The translations under genes were made by a program, and so were the position numbers. The notes under the pieces are model-generated. The model saw only the letters and a list, made by a program, of their open reading frames with translations. It did not search any database and had not been told where the DNA came from. Of a stretch of DNA of 38,593 bases, positions 23,540 through 35,656 are shown one piece after another (the first letter of the stretch is position 1; each line of letters opens with the position of its first letter). The stretch is from Octopus bimaculoides (lineage: Eukaryota): positions 11,861,470 through 11,900,062 of the forward strand of contig NC_069001.1 in assembly GCF_001194135.2 (NCBI RefSeq). Direction: 5' to 3'.

Positions 23540-23610
23540 TGCTTGTGTTTACGCTGGTGCACCAGCATGGCCGCAGCCACTTGGCTGAAACACATAAATA
23601 AATAAATAAA
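23540..23610 (+). mobile_element. Internally deleted family C 3' fragment with a (TAAA)n tail
   Basis: TTGTGTTTACG..GGTGCACCAGCATGGCCGCAGCCACTTGGCTGAAAC. Confidence 0.6.
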
Positions 23611-23742
23611 AATACATTTGTGTGTGTACGTATGTGTACACGTGTTTGTTTTTGTCTGTTTGTTAGCATACTATTAGAAAGATATATATGTATGAATATA
23701 TATGCATTTATATACATACACACACATACACACACAAACACG

Positions 23743-23784
<42 letters not shown>

Positions 23785-24024
23785 CATACACCAGTTTAGG
23801 AATAGCAATGAGCTAGAGAAATTTATAATTCATGCAATTTACAACAAAATCCTATGAAAGATGCTTTCTGTCATTGAACATCGCAAAATTAGCATAATGT
23901 CTAAAATAATTACTAAAATTTGTTTTACCTCGAAATTTACCAGATTAACAATGATGAAGATAACGCTATTAACACTAATAAAATCGGTAATATTGATAAT
24001 ATTAACGAGTACAACAACACATAC

Positions 24025-24025
<1 letters not shown>

Positions 24026-24088
<63 letters not shown>

Positions 24089-24100
24089 TTAATAATAATA
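24026..24100. repeat. (AAT)n microsatellite
   Basis: Direct reading. Confidence 0.95.
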
Positions 24101-25092
24101 TCATGTGGGTGAAAATAGTGTAACTAATAGTATTAAAGATAGAATAACATACAATATTAAGAACGTCATGTTAAGAAAATTAGTATTTAATTCTATTAAT
24201 CAATACTTAGTTTGTCAGTAAAGATAAAACTGTTCCGTTATTACTTATGCATGTATGTATGTACGTACACGTATGTATATATNNNNNNNNNNNNNNNNNN
24301 NGTGTGTATGTTCGTGTATATATATATATACATGAATGTTTGTCCACACATACATATATATGCATGTGCGTGTATATATATATATCTAATACAAATACAT
24401 ATAAATACAAAATCTAATCCGTTCGTGCCAGTCACGACGTCAGACATTCGAATCCATCCAGCGGTTCTTCAGATATTAAGTCCACGGACAAACAAACAAA
24501 CAAGCAGACAAACACGAAGGAAAACAATACCACCACATTAGCGAAGGCGGATGTAACATCGTAGAAGGAGCCATTGTCTTTAGCAAGTAATGAAGAAGAA
24601 AAGTATGACATGACTAAAGATTCAAGCAAAGAATGAATGATTGATAAAATGTTTGAAGTTATAGTAAGACAAAAAGAACAGGGAGACAGTGTGTATATAG
24701 TAAGAGATCTATACAAAAGAAGGTGCTGGATATAACAATTAAAAGAACTAGGAAATGAGTAAAGTGATAGAAAGAGGAACGAGGGAGACGGTATCAACTG
24801 CATGAACTTCAGTTGTACAAAAAAGGTCTATGTTTTTGTACTTAAATATTGATATAGGAAAATTATTTTCTTGAACTAAAAACGTTGCTTGTACGTTACT
24901 CGTAAGAGTAAACTGTGAAATACCACATTAATATAGAATTATTGTAAGGAAGCTTTAGTTTAAAAGCTTTTCATTGTAGTTAATATCTTGCAATAAAGAG
25001 TCCCTTGATGAAATCTTGTGATTCATTTTCAAAGTAATTTTGGAGCATCTACTGTAGTGGACGCAAATAACCTTAATATACACAGACACATA

Positions 25093-25216
25093 CAGGGTGT
25101 CCACAAGGTCTGGGTACATGGAGCAATTAAAATCATAACATAAACAATTAATTATAAGTAATAATTTCTTAAAGTACGTGTGAATCCCCATGTACCCAGA
25201 CTTTGTGGACACCCTG
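25093..25216. mobile_element. Tc1/mariner-type MITE, 124 bp
   Basis: 29-bp TIRs CAGGGTGTCCACAA(G/A)GTCTGGGTACATGG with 1 mismatch. TA target duplications at 25091-25092 and 25217-25218; AT-rich non-coding interior. Confidence 0.9.
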
Positions 25217-26490
25217 TACACAGACGTGCCCACAAGGACACATACGCATACGTGCACGCAGACACACACACAAGCACACGCGCTAACACACAATACTAAC
25301 ACACACACATGTACATATATGTATAAAACCGCTTAAGATGTAGTTTATACCTTGTTCTCTGCGTACGTCTCAACATCATGCATATTTGCATCATATATAT
25401 ATATATGTATATANNNNNNNNNNNNNNNNNNNNNNNNNNNNNNNNNNNNNNNNNNATATATATATATATATATACATATATACATTCACACACTTGCACG
25501 CGCAGACACACGCTCATACACGCACACAAACACACACACAGGTATACGTATACATAATTCTGACGAATGTAGTATTAATTCTCTAAGTCATTCAATTCGT
25601 CTGAACCGTTCATCTCAATTGTATTTATATTTTATAACTTTTATACCAGCCTTCTGTGGTTATTACAGTAATCTTTCGACTATCACGGGTGGTACGTTCC
25701 AAAACTTCCCACAGACATAATTAAAATCTTAAAAAAAAGTAAATATCTATCGAGCACAAAAATCCCCAATATACTGAGAATTCCGCGATAGGTAAACCGC
25801 GATGTACTGACAGCACATGTAAACAGTGATATGGCGAGGGATTACTGTATTCCAATTAATTTAATTTTATTGCGAAACAAGTAAGATATCTACTTTACAA
25901 TACTTTCCCTACAACCCCAGTAATATTGTTCAGGAACTGCTTTTAATTAATTCTCTAGTGAGCTGAGTCTTTTTCCTAATATTAACGCTCCTATTATGAT
26001 TATGACGAAAAGCATTCTTTTTCCCAGTATTATTGATAATTATAATTTCGCTTGCATATATAATGAATTTAACCACTTTAGGAAAATCTAGAATTTTCCT
26101 CAGAGATAAAGTCAGTTAAGAGTGCATGAGATGAGTTTCAATACGTATGCACATATAAATATATAAACACATAAATGCATATGTATGTGTATATTTATAT
26201 CCATGCTTACGTATACACGCATTTGAACGCTTGTACAAATACATATATGTCTAAGTGATATATTTTGTAAAATGCTTTATATATATATTTTTTTGATGTT
26301 ACTGTAACTATATTTGAAACTATATAGGGTTAGACAGGGAGATAACTATATATCTAAATATATATTGTTGGATATATAGATATATTTATTGATGAAGTTA
26401 CAAATAGATACATATACATGGTTGTGTGTGGAAGAAAGAGTGCGTATGTAGATAGGTAAATAGAATGAAATTTTGATCGGTAGATATGTA

Positions 26491-26494
<4 letters not shown>

Positions 26495-26572
<78 letters not shown>
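26495..26572. repeat. (TA)n(TG)n microsatellite
   Basis: Direct reading. Confidence 0.95.
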
Positions 26573-26574
<2 letters not shown>

Positions 26575-27209
26575 TGTTTGTAAGGTGAAAGAGAAAGGGA
26601 GAGATCAACTCTCTCAGAGACAAATATAGATATGTATGTATGTATAGAATTTTATAATTTGCAACCTATATTTCAATATCGACCGGAATTTTATGGAAAG
26701 TGAGAAAGCTTATTTAATATTTAATATTACTATTAATATTACTAGTAACTCATTAATTCTATTATTACTTCTCTTATCAACAAAGTAAATGAGAAATTTC
26801 TACATCCGCCAGTGAGATTTCTGTTTATTTACTGCAAGGAAACGATATATTTTTTTTCCTTTTGCTGTCGAAATCAATAGCGAGAATGAAAGATAAGAGA
26901 ATGATGTTTGGAGCAAAAGAAAAAAAATATATATAAATAATTAAGAAATATATAAATACATAAATAAAAAGGATAAGTATATAAATATGGCGTAAGGATT
27001 CTTTGAAATTAATGTGAAAAAGGCAACATATGAATAATAATATATGATAAAATGTGTTACTTTGCATATTGGTGCATATCATTTATAATGCAACCGACTT
27101 TTCATAAACGTGGAGATTCCCATTATCAAGAACGTAGATAAAATGTCCATCAATGTTAATGTTATTGCTGTATGGAATTGTTCGATAACGGGTTATGATC
27201 TTAGCAATC

Positions 27210-27315
27210 GTCATCATCTTCATCCCCACCACCACCACCACCACCATGTTTCTCATCATCACCACCATGTTTCTCACCATCACCACCATCATAATCATCA
27301 TCATCGTCCTCATCA

Positions 27316-27396
<81 letters not shown>

Positions 27397-27529
27397 TAAT
27401 ATTAATAGTGATATTAATAATAATAATAATGATAATAATAATATAAGAGTCAGGAAATTAATAATAGTAATATCAAAAATAATATCAACACTAATAGGAA
27501 TGATAATAATTCTAAAGATAACGATGACA

Positions 27530-27577
<48 letters not shown>

Positions 27578-27600
27578 GTGGTGGTGGTGGTTTTGGTGGT
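27210..27600. repeat. (CAT/CAC)n, (AAT)n and (GGT)n trinucleotide arrays
   Basis: Direct reading; source of the poly-H/N/I ORF 27110-27766. Confidence 0.92.
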
Positions 27601-28401
27601 GGGGGGTAATGACGATGATTTCGTTTATTGTCACCCGCTTTCATTCATATGTGGAATAAACAGATTAGAAAATTCTTACATAATGTGTGGGGACAGAAAT
27701 AGAAGTACTGATAAAGAAAGAAATAACGATGAGGCGCGGAGGAAAAGATATTTTGCAATATATTAAAGATATGCTGAAATATTTAAAGGCCATGCACAAT
27801 AGTTAAGTAATATTGTTATGTGCATAAGTAAAACACATAAGTTTTTTGCGAAAGGAAGGTGTAAAGAAAATCTGAAATAAAAGAGCAATCCACCCACACA
27901 TTTATGTTTCAGCAGGTTCTGATCATGTCATCAACTCGTCTCCGCCATCTTGCTTTGTGTTCGTGCTTTCAATGCACTTCCTCGTTCTAGAGGTACCAGT
28001 AGGAAATTTAGGAAATCGGAGCGCTGAAGAAAAGCCATATACTGGTAACAGTTTAGGTTATATATCTCGTAAATATCTCCTTTTACACCGATCAATGTAT
28101 TTAGAGTTCATATATTCATTATTCTTATCCAATATTGATTGCATCCACTCCAGCCACACATTGTGATGAACTACATCTACTAACATTATTAGAGAACTCC
28201 GATCCCTCTAAAACAGTTGTTAATTTCATAAAACCTTTCTACAACCCTTTAATTTTTTCTGTCGTTATTACTCTATGTGAGTTGCAACTATTAAGCATTT
28301 TGTCCAACACACTAACTATGATGTCATGGTGTTCTGTTAGTAATTCTTTTAAATTTTGTAAAAAAGGGCAGCAATTTGATTGTTTGTTATTTTCGTTTTT
28401 T

Positions 28402-28592
28402 TTATAGGTCTCTTTGGTGGTGTCTCTGGGGAGGGGCTGATACCATTGAGCCTAGTACTTCAATTATATTTAATTTTAACAACACCGAAAAAAATGAAAT
28501 ACAAAATTGATGTCGGTAAGATTTGAACTCTGGAAGTAATAAACCAGTATAAATACCTCAAACCTTTCTACTCGGCGATATAAACGACACAA
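28402..28592 (-). mobile_element. SINE family A, old copy
   Basis: TATAGG..GGGGAGGGGCT..AGTACTTCAA..CACCGAAAAAATGAAA..GTCGGTAAGATTTGAACTCTGGAA..AAATACCTC. Confidence 0.6.
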
Positions 28593-29400
28593 CCAAGGTA
28601 TTTTTAACGGTATTTTACCTTAACAAGCATTTATTGCTGTGTAATATTTATATTAATGATGCATTACCTTAACGTTGGGATTTATTATGGAAGGCCATTA
28701 GCACAAAAACAGTGTACCGCTATTAAATGGTTACATTGATGTTACCGTTCACATTAATGGTAACATACATGGTAATGAGAAGGCTCAATATTAGACAAAT
28801 TTAGTTTAAAGTTATACAACTATACAACATTTTACTCAATACTTTCTTTACTTGTTTTTCTCCTGTGCCCTCTTCTTGCCAGTCAGATTTATATGGAATT
28901 TTCAAGTTTGTTCTTAATGCTGTAACATTTACTGTTTAAATCATATATTTCTTACTCTGTTGCAATTACTACACGAAATACAGTGAAGTGCACATAAATC
29001 TTTGAAACTGGAATATAAATACCTATTTCCAAAATCCATTCATTTTCGGCACCACTAATCTTGGGTGGGTCTCGTAGTTATATTCCTCAGATACATCATC
29101 CGTTGGGTCCTATCAGAGAAGCAATAGTCATTAAACTCTCCAGCTGGATTCTGAAGGGTGACCAATTGAGACTATGGATATTATCCTACCATCACCTGTT
29201 TGATTTAGCATCGACTTCAGGTTCCCCCATCCGATTGATCCCTCGATACTTAAAGTCTGCATGTTACTTGAACATCTCAGAGGCAAGTTGGATGCATAAA
29301 TTGCATAAATTTATGCATATCTATGGACGTATGCGCATTTATGTTTGTGCGTACTGCATATATATACGTACATACATGCATACATATATGTTTGTGTGTT

Positions 29401-29402
<2 letters not shown>

Positions 29403-29474
<72 letters not shown>
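29403..29474. repeat. (TA)n microsatellite
   Basis: Direct reading. Confidence 0.97.
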
Positions 29475-29477
<3 letters not shown>

Positions 29478-31677
29478 GGAAAATGGAGAAAAACACAAAG
29501 TAACCAAGACATCGATTGAACCACATTTATAGCTTATTTCTTAATAAAAGGCATGATATAACAATATAGGTGAGGTAACATATCTTACAGCCTTTACTGA
29601 TCCGATTACCTAAATGCAGTCTATGAATTAATGCGAGACTAAAGTTCTTAATCTTTAAAGGGCATTGGAATTAAGGCAGAGTGAAAAAAAACCCAGAGAA
29701 TACAATATAACCAAACAGAAAAAGGAAAAGGAAAGAAAACATAGCTAAGGCAAATAGTCTAGAAGCCCAATATGTTAAGAGCAAATAATTTACCATCAGG
29801 TTCTACAGGGTCGTTAGGGAAAGGAGTGAGCTAGTAATGGTCGAGGGAATACTACAATTTATTAAGGGGTAGGTGCAATTTGAAGGTGGGGTCAGTATGT
29901 TTAAAAAAAACTATATATAAGGAAACTGTATATAAGGAAAATACTAACATGATTATCATAGGGCAACACCTATTCGAACGGAGTAAATTCAAGTAATACC
30001 GAGAGACTCGGTATAAATACCGAGAGTCACGGTATTAATTTCTGTGAGTAAATCTTTTCTTAAGCACATAAAACATAAACGTCAGATCCTACATAGCGAT
30101 AACTGTTACTTCAGTTAAAAGAGTATTTCATTAAATCACCGGCTCGGCCATGGATTTGACATTGGGAATCATTGCGCCATATTACATTATAATAAACGAA
30201 AGAAAACTAAATAGAAAAGCAAAATAGCGACGCTTTAAGGCCTATCAAGACCAGGTCTTCGCAATGAAATTATAGAACAAGCGATATTTTGCTGCAGCGT
30301 CATGTAGTAGAAAGCAGTAAAGGATCACTAGAATTATGTTGCATCTGATAACATCATTATCGTCAGATTTAAAACACTTTAACGTTTCCATCTGGTTACT
30401 TCAAACTATATTTTACGTAGGCTGTATTGGTGTATAGATTTTAGAAGATTTCATGTTATTAAAACAAAATACCTCTATAGCTAACCTACTTTTTATCTTC
30501 TGATATATATATATATANNNNNNNNNNNNNNNNNNNNNNNNNNNNNNNNNNNNNNNNNNNNNNNNNNNNNNNNNNNNNNNNNNNNNNNNNNNNNNNNNNN
30601 NNNNNNNNNNNNNNNNNNNNNNNNNNNNNNNNNNNNNNNNNNNNNNNNNNNNNNNNNNNNNNNNNNNNNNNNNNNNNNNNNNNNNNNNNNNNNNNNNNNN
30701 NNNNNNNNNNNNNNNNNNNNNNNNNNNNNNNNNNNNNNNNNNNNNNNNNNNNNNNNNNNNNNNNNNNNNNNNNNNNNNNNNNNNNNNNNNNNNNNNNNNN
30801 NNNNNNNNNNNNNNNNNNNNNNNNNNNNNNNNNNNNNNNNNNNNNNNNNNNNNNNNNNNNNNNNNNNNNNNNNNNNNNNNNNNNNNNNNNNNNNNNNNNN
30901 NNNNNNNNNNNNNNNGATATTATCATGTAATGTTTTTCTATCTGGATATATTTCATGTATTAGATTGTAATATGTTGAGTAATGGCATTTTGCTGTAAAT
31001 GATTGATTAACCGATATATTCTTTTATGCTTTCATTCTGGTATTCTTTCTCTAGTTTCAATTATCCCACTGCCTCCATACTGGAGCAACCTATTCAAAGT
31101 TTTGTAGCGTATTAATATATCGATTCAACAACATCATCTCCTTTATATTTATTGTTTTAAACGCATGATTAACAGAATTATTCTTTTATCCTTTTATTCA
31201 CATTATCAGTCGTTTCACTGTGAACATGGAGGGGCAATGCCTTACAGAAATTTTAATATTTTGCATGTGTGTCTTTCAACTCCTTTATCTGATATATATA
31301 ATTTTTGTCTTTGTTACAGACGAAATTAAATGTAGCTTTATGTGTAGCGTAATGCTACATGGATGAAAACTAATGGTACATTCAAGATACGCACTAATGA
31401 TGTCATGGGTGCGATTTCTATCGCTTGTAGACTAATAACTTATCCACCTCTGCTATCCAGAATATGGTCACTCACAAACATCACCGTGAACGGGGAAGTT
31501 AAGGCACTTAAGATTATCTGTAGATGCTTCTAAAAGATCCTTGTGCTGTTTTCCAAAACTTGCCCCAGTACACGTACCACGTCTCTTAGTCCCAGGGGGT
31601 ACGAAATAAAAGAAAAGAAAGTCATTACGTTCCTATCATTTGTGGAGCCGCATTGGATGCCAGATATTGGTTAAATA

Positions 31678-31900
31678 GGCGGAGAGCTGGCTGAAACGTT
31701 AGCACGCCGGGCGAAATGCTTAGCAGTATTTCGTCAGCCGCTACGTTCTGAGTTCAAATTCCGCCGAGGTCGACTTTGCCTTTCAGGATCGATAAATTAA
31801 GTACCAGTGACGCACTGCGGTCGATGTAATCCGCTTAATTGCCTTTTCCGTCCTTGTTTGTTCCCTCTATGTTTAGCCCCTTGTGGGCAATAAAGAAATA
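31678..31900 (+). mobile_element. Young tRNA-derived SINE family A copy with a 15-bp target-site duplication
   Basis: GGCGGAGAGCTGGCTGAAACGTTAGCACGCCGGGCGAAATGCTTAG..GAGTTCAAATTCCGCCGAGGTCGACTTTGCCTTTCA..GATAAATTAAGTACCAG..AATAAAGAAATA. Flanks GATATTGGTTAAATA (31663-31677) and GATATTGGTTACATA (31902-31916), 1 mismatch. Confidence 0.92.
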
Positions 31901-32299
31901 CGATATTGGTTACATATAATCGCACATACCTACCTTAGAGTTCCACTTGTTCTTTCTTCAAACTTGTATTGGTCTGATGTAACAAGTGCCACGGGGCGAG
32001 ATTTGGATAGGGTTATCCTCTCTCAGATTAGCTTCAGTGTTTTATCATTCCGTCCATTGGGGTGTTTGTGAGAGACGTTCAGAATGCAATTCCGTGACGC
32101 GCTAAATAAATCATAGTTGGTTCCCGTGCAACTCCTACTAATGGGATCAGAGTCGATTTGGGAAGAATAAGAGCAAAACAGGTGGTTCAAATCGCTTCTT
32201 GCATTGAAGCTTCCGAATCACGTCCCACAACTGGCTGCAGTTTAAAATTTAAAATCATATTTAGGATATTCGAAAGAATATTATATTACAATAAATCTG

Positions 32300-32319
32300 A
32301 GTGTGTGTGTGTATGTGCG

Positions 32320-32391
<72 letters not shown>

Positions 32392-32415
32392 TGTTTATGT
32401 TTGTGTCTGTGTGTG
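32300..32415. repeat. (TG)n microsatellite
   Basis: Direct reading. Confidence 0.95.
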
Positions 32416-32728
32416 ACATAGTAACATTGTATGATTGAATGAAATAAAGTAGAATTGAATGAAATATAGTAACATTGTATGTATATATATGCAGAAATGC
32501 GGTGGATGAAAGACTTCGACGCAGAAGTATATTTGAGAATTTTCCTTTGAGAGGGAATATTACAGTAAGCGTAGTTCTATGTTTCGTATGTAAATGGTGA
32601 ATACTATGCAGAACGTTACTTTAATAACACAGTATCTATCTCTTCGGCATATACATGCAGAAAACCTTCGGAAATGTATACTTTCAATCACATACGGACA
32701 ATTATACATGTGTGTGTGTGCGTGTGCA

Positions 32729-32783
<55 letters not shown>

Positions 32784-32785
<2 letters not shown>

Positions 32786-32854
32786 GAGAATATACAAAAA
32801 ATAACAACAGACGAGGACAGGTGGTGTAAATAACAAAAGTATATATTAGTATGA
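32784..32854 (-). mobile_element. 5'-truncated family D copy (lacks the hammerhead), abutting (TA)n
   Basis: 70 of 71 bp identical to 22556-22626, with the same (TA)n junction. Confidence 0.85.
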
Positions 32855-33358
32855 TATATGCTATATATATATACGTAGATAGATAGATAAACATATATAT
32901 ATATATATGCATAATTATACATAAATGTATGTATCCATATATTACGTATGTATATACAAGTAAAAGGAGAAAGAGATAGAGGGAGAGAAAGATATATATT
33001 TTTTTAATATCTATACCAGAACCTAGGTTATATTCTATGCGTATCGTAAAGCAAAAATTCACGTCCGCAGCGCAAATCGATATTCAGTCTATATGAAGTA
33101 TGTTGTTAACCCGTCGAGGCGGACCAGCGACGTCACCAATTCCTGTGTGTGGAAAGATATATACAGAGAGAGAGAAAGGGGGGAACGTATCTGATACCTC
33201 TTTACTGATATTTTCAAATAACTGTTATAGATTTTAGTTATAATTAATATCTAACTTGATTCACATCTCTTTCTCATAAGGGTAAATCTGAATCTCCTGG
33301 ATTCTTTTCTTCTGCTATTTCCTTTCTCAAGTTCGTTGTAAATTTTGTTTATACTTCC

Positions 33359-33493
33359 TGCACTGAGGAGTACATTGATATATATATATATATATATATA
33401 TAATTAATTAATTTAATTAATTATTTGAATCTAATTCAATTCAATCATGGATTTGCATGATTTTTATATTTCTGTACGAAACGATCGCCTGCA
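33359..33493 (+). ncRNA. Hammerhead-like motif with a microsatellite-expanded loop II
   Basis: TGCA-CTGAGGA-GTACA-[~98-nt loop including (TA)n]-TGTAC-GAAAC-GATC-GCC-TGCA. Stems I and II perfect, core and GAAA canonical; the triplet reads GCC instead of GUC. Confidence 0.6.
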
Positions 33494-33595
33494 TGAATTA
33501 AAATTCTCTTATGTAATTTAACAACTTGTCTTCATTTTTAACTAAATTGATTGAGTTTTATGGGATTTCTTTCCATAAATACACCACATTTACAA

Positions 33596-33635
<40 letters not shown>

Positions 33636-33748
33636 NNNNNNNNNNNNNNNNNNNNNNNNNNNNNNNNNNNNNNNNNNNNNNNNNNNNNNNNNNNNNNNNN
33701 NNNNNNNNNNNNNNNNNNNNNNNNNNNNNNNNNNNNNNNNNNNNNNNN

Positions 33749-33796
<48 letters not shown>

Positions 33797-34033
33797 ATAG
33801 AAATATGTTACAAAAACAAAATAGAAACTACACATGGAAATGTAAGGAGAGAGTAAGAAGAAAAATAAGCGAAACTACACATTGGAAATTAAAAAATTAA
33901 AGGCTTTTTATGAAATATAGATATATAGATATATACAATTAGATGAACTGAGGTAGGAACAAAAGTAATAAAAGTCATTATTGCGAATTGTTAAAGGGAT
34001 TCAAAAGCATACGGGATTCATAATTTGAAATAA

Positions 34034-34093
34034 TGTACTGATGAGGGAAGTAAGTAATGTTTTATATCTCTTTAATCCAGAAACGCGTATATA
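34034..34093 (+). ncRNA. Minimal type I hammerhead ribozyme motif
   Basis: TGTA-CTGATGA-GGGA..(loop)..TCCA-GAAAC-GC-GTA-TATA. Canonical core, ACGCGT palindrome, GUA triplet, stem I TGTA/TATA (one G-U). The stem II closing pair is G-A. Confidence 0.65.
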
Positions 34094-35559
34094 CTTAATC
34101 AAAACGGTGCATTCGTTATTTTTTCTCTTTGCCTGCGTGAGTTGGGAGTATTGCAGTCTGGGAGAAATATTAGAGTAGTGTAATGGCATTTAACTGCTAT
34201 TTCTAAATTTCGGTATGTGATGAAGCAATTTTGCTGAACCCTAATTATAATTATAATTATAAAGGTTTTGTATAAGCTTACTGATAATAGTTCTTTTAAC
34301 ATACCGAACTACTTGCTAAAGTTATCAATTATTAATTGATTAATTTTACCCTATATCTGTATTGATATATATATATATATATATACATTTATATATATAA
34401 TATATATATGGGTGTGTGGGTGTGTGTGTACAGAGAGAGAGAGAGAGAGAGAGAGTGAGAGAGAGGTATATATACATACCTAGATACAGATATATATGTA
34501 CATATACATATATAATCATATATAACATATAGAAGTATGTGTGCGTATATATATATATATATNNNNNNNNNNNNNNNNNNNNNNNNNNNNNNNNNNNNNN
34601 NNNNNNNNNNNNNNNNNNNNNNNNNNNNNNNNNNNNNNNNNNNNNNNNNNNNNNNNNNNNNNNNNNNNNNNNNNNNNNNNNNNNNNNNNNNNNNNNNNNN
34701 NNNNNNNNNNNNNNNNNNNNNNNNNNNNNNNNNNNNNNNNNNNNNNNNNNNNNNNNNNNNNNNNNNNNNNNNNNNNNNNNNNNNNNNNNNNNNNNNNNNN
34801 NNNNNNNNNNNNNNNNNNNNNNNNNNNNNNNNNNNNNNNNNNNNNNNNNNNNNNNNNNNNNNNNNNNNNNNNNNNNNNNNNNNNNNNNNNNNNNNNNNNN
34901 NNNNNNNNNNNNNNNNNNNNNNNNNNNNNNNNNNNNNNNNNNNNNNNNNNNNNNNNNNNNNNNNNNNNNNNNNNNNNNNNNNNNNNNNNNNNNNNNNNNN
35001 NNNNNNNNNNNNNNNNNNNNNNNNNNNNNNNNNNNNNNNNNNNNNNNNNNNNNNNNNNNNNNNNNNNNNNNNNNNNNNNNNNNNNNNNNNNNNNNNNNNN
35101 NNNNNNNNNNNNNNNNNNNNNNNNNNNNNNNNNNNNNNNNNNNNNNNNNNNNNNNNNNNNNNNNNNNNNNNNNNNNNNNNNNNNNNNNNNNNNNNNNNNN
35201 NNNNNNNNNNNNNNNNNNNNNNNNNNNNNNNNNNNNNNNNNNNNNNNNNNNNNNNNNNNNNNNNNNNNNNNNNNNNNNNNNNNNNNNNNNNNNNNNNNNN
35301 NNNNNNNNNNNNNNNNNNNNNNNNNNNNNNNNNNNNNNNNNNNNNNNNNNNNNNNNNNNNNNNNNNNNNNNNNNNNNNNNNNNNNNNNNNNNNNNNNNNN
35401 NNNNNNNNNNNNNNNNNNNNNNNNNNNNNNNNNNNNNNNNNNNNNNNNNNNNNNNNNNNNNNNNNNNNNNNNNNNNNNNNNNNNNNNNNNTATATATATA
35501 TATATATACCTCTCACCTACAGGTTCTTCCTTTAAAATGAAGTCTCCAACGGGCAAAGA

Positions 35560-35612
35560 GAAACAGAGAAACGGAGAGAGAGAGACAGAGAGACAGAGAG
35601 AGATACAGAGAG

Positions 35613-35651
<39 letters not shown>

Positions 35652-35656
35652 GACAG
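35560..35656. repeat. (GA)n/(GACA)n microsatellite
   Basis: Direct reading. Confidence 0.93.

Noticed and set aside
24410-24520. ATCCATCCAGCGGTTCTTCAGATAT..(ACAA)n motif reminiscent of Helitron/Helentron-type repeats
   Set aside because: Resemblance is from memory only; no termini, terminal hairpin or second copy found.
28018-28055. CTGAAGA-A-AGCCA(TATAC)TGGT
   Set aside because: No GAAA or triplet follows the hairpin.
28100-28400. Segment fairly open on both strands (minus frame ..LQNLKELLTEHHDIIVSVLDKMLN..)
   Set aside because: In-frame stops, no recognisable domain and no convincing splice pair; similar reasoning applies to 17590-17860.
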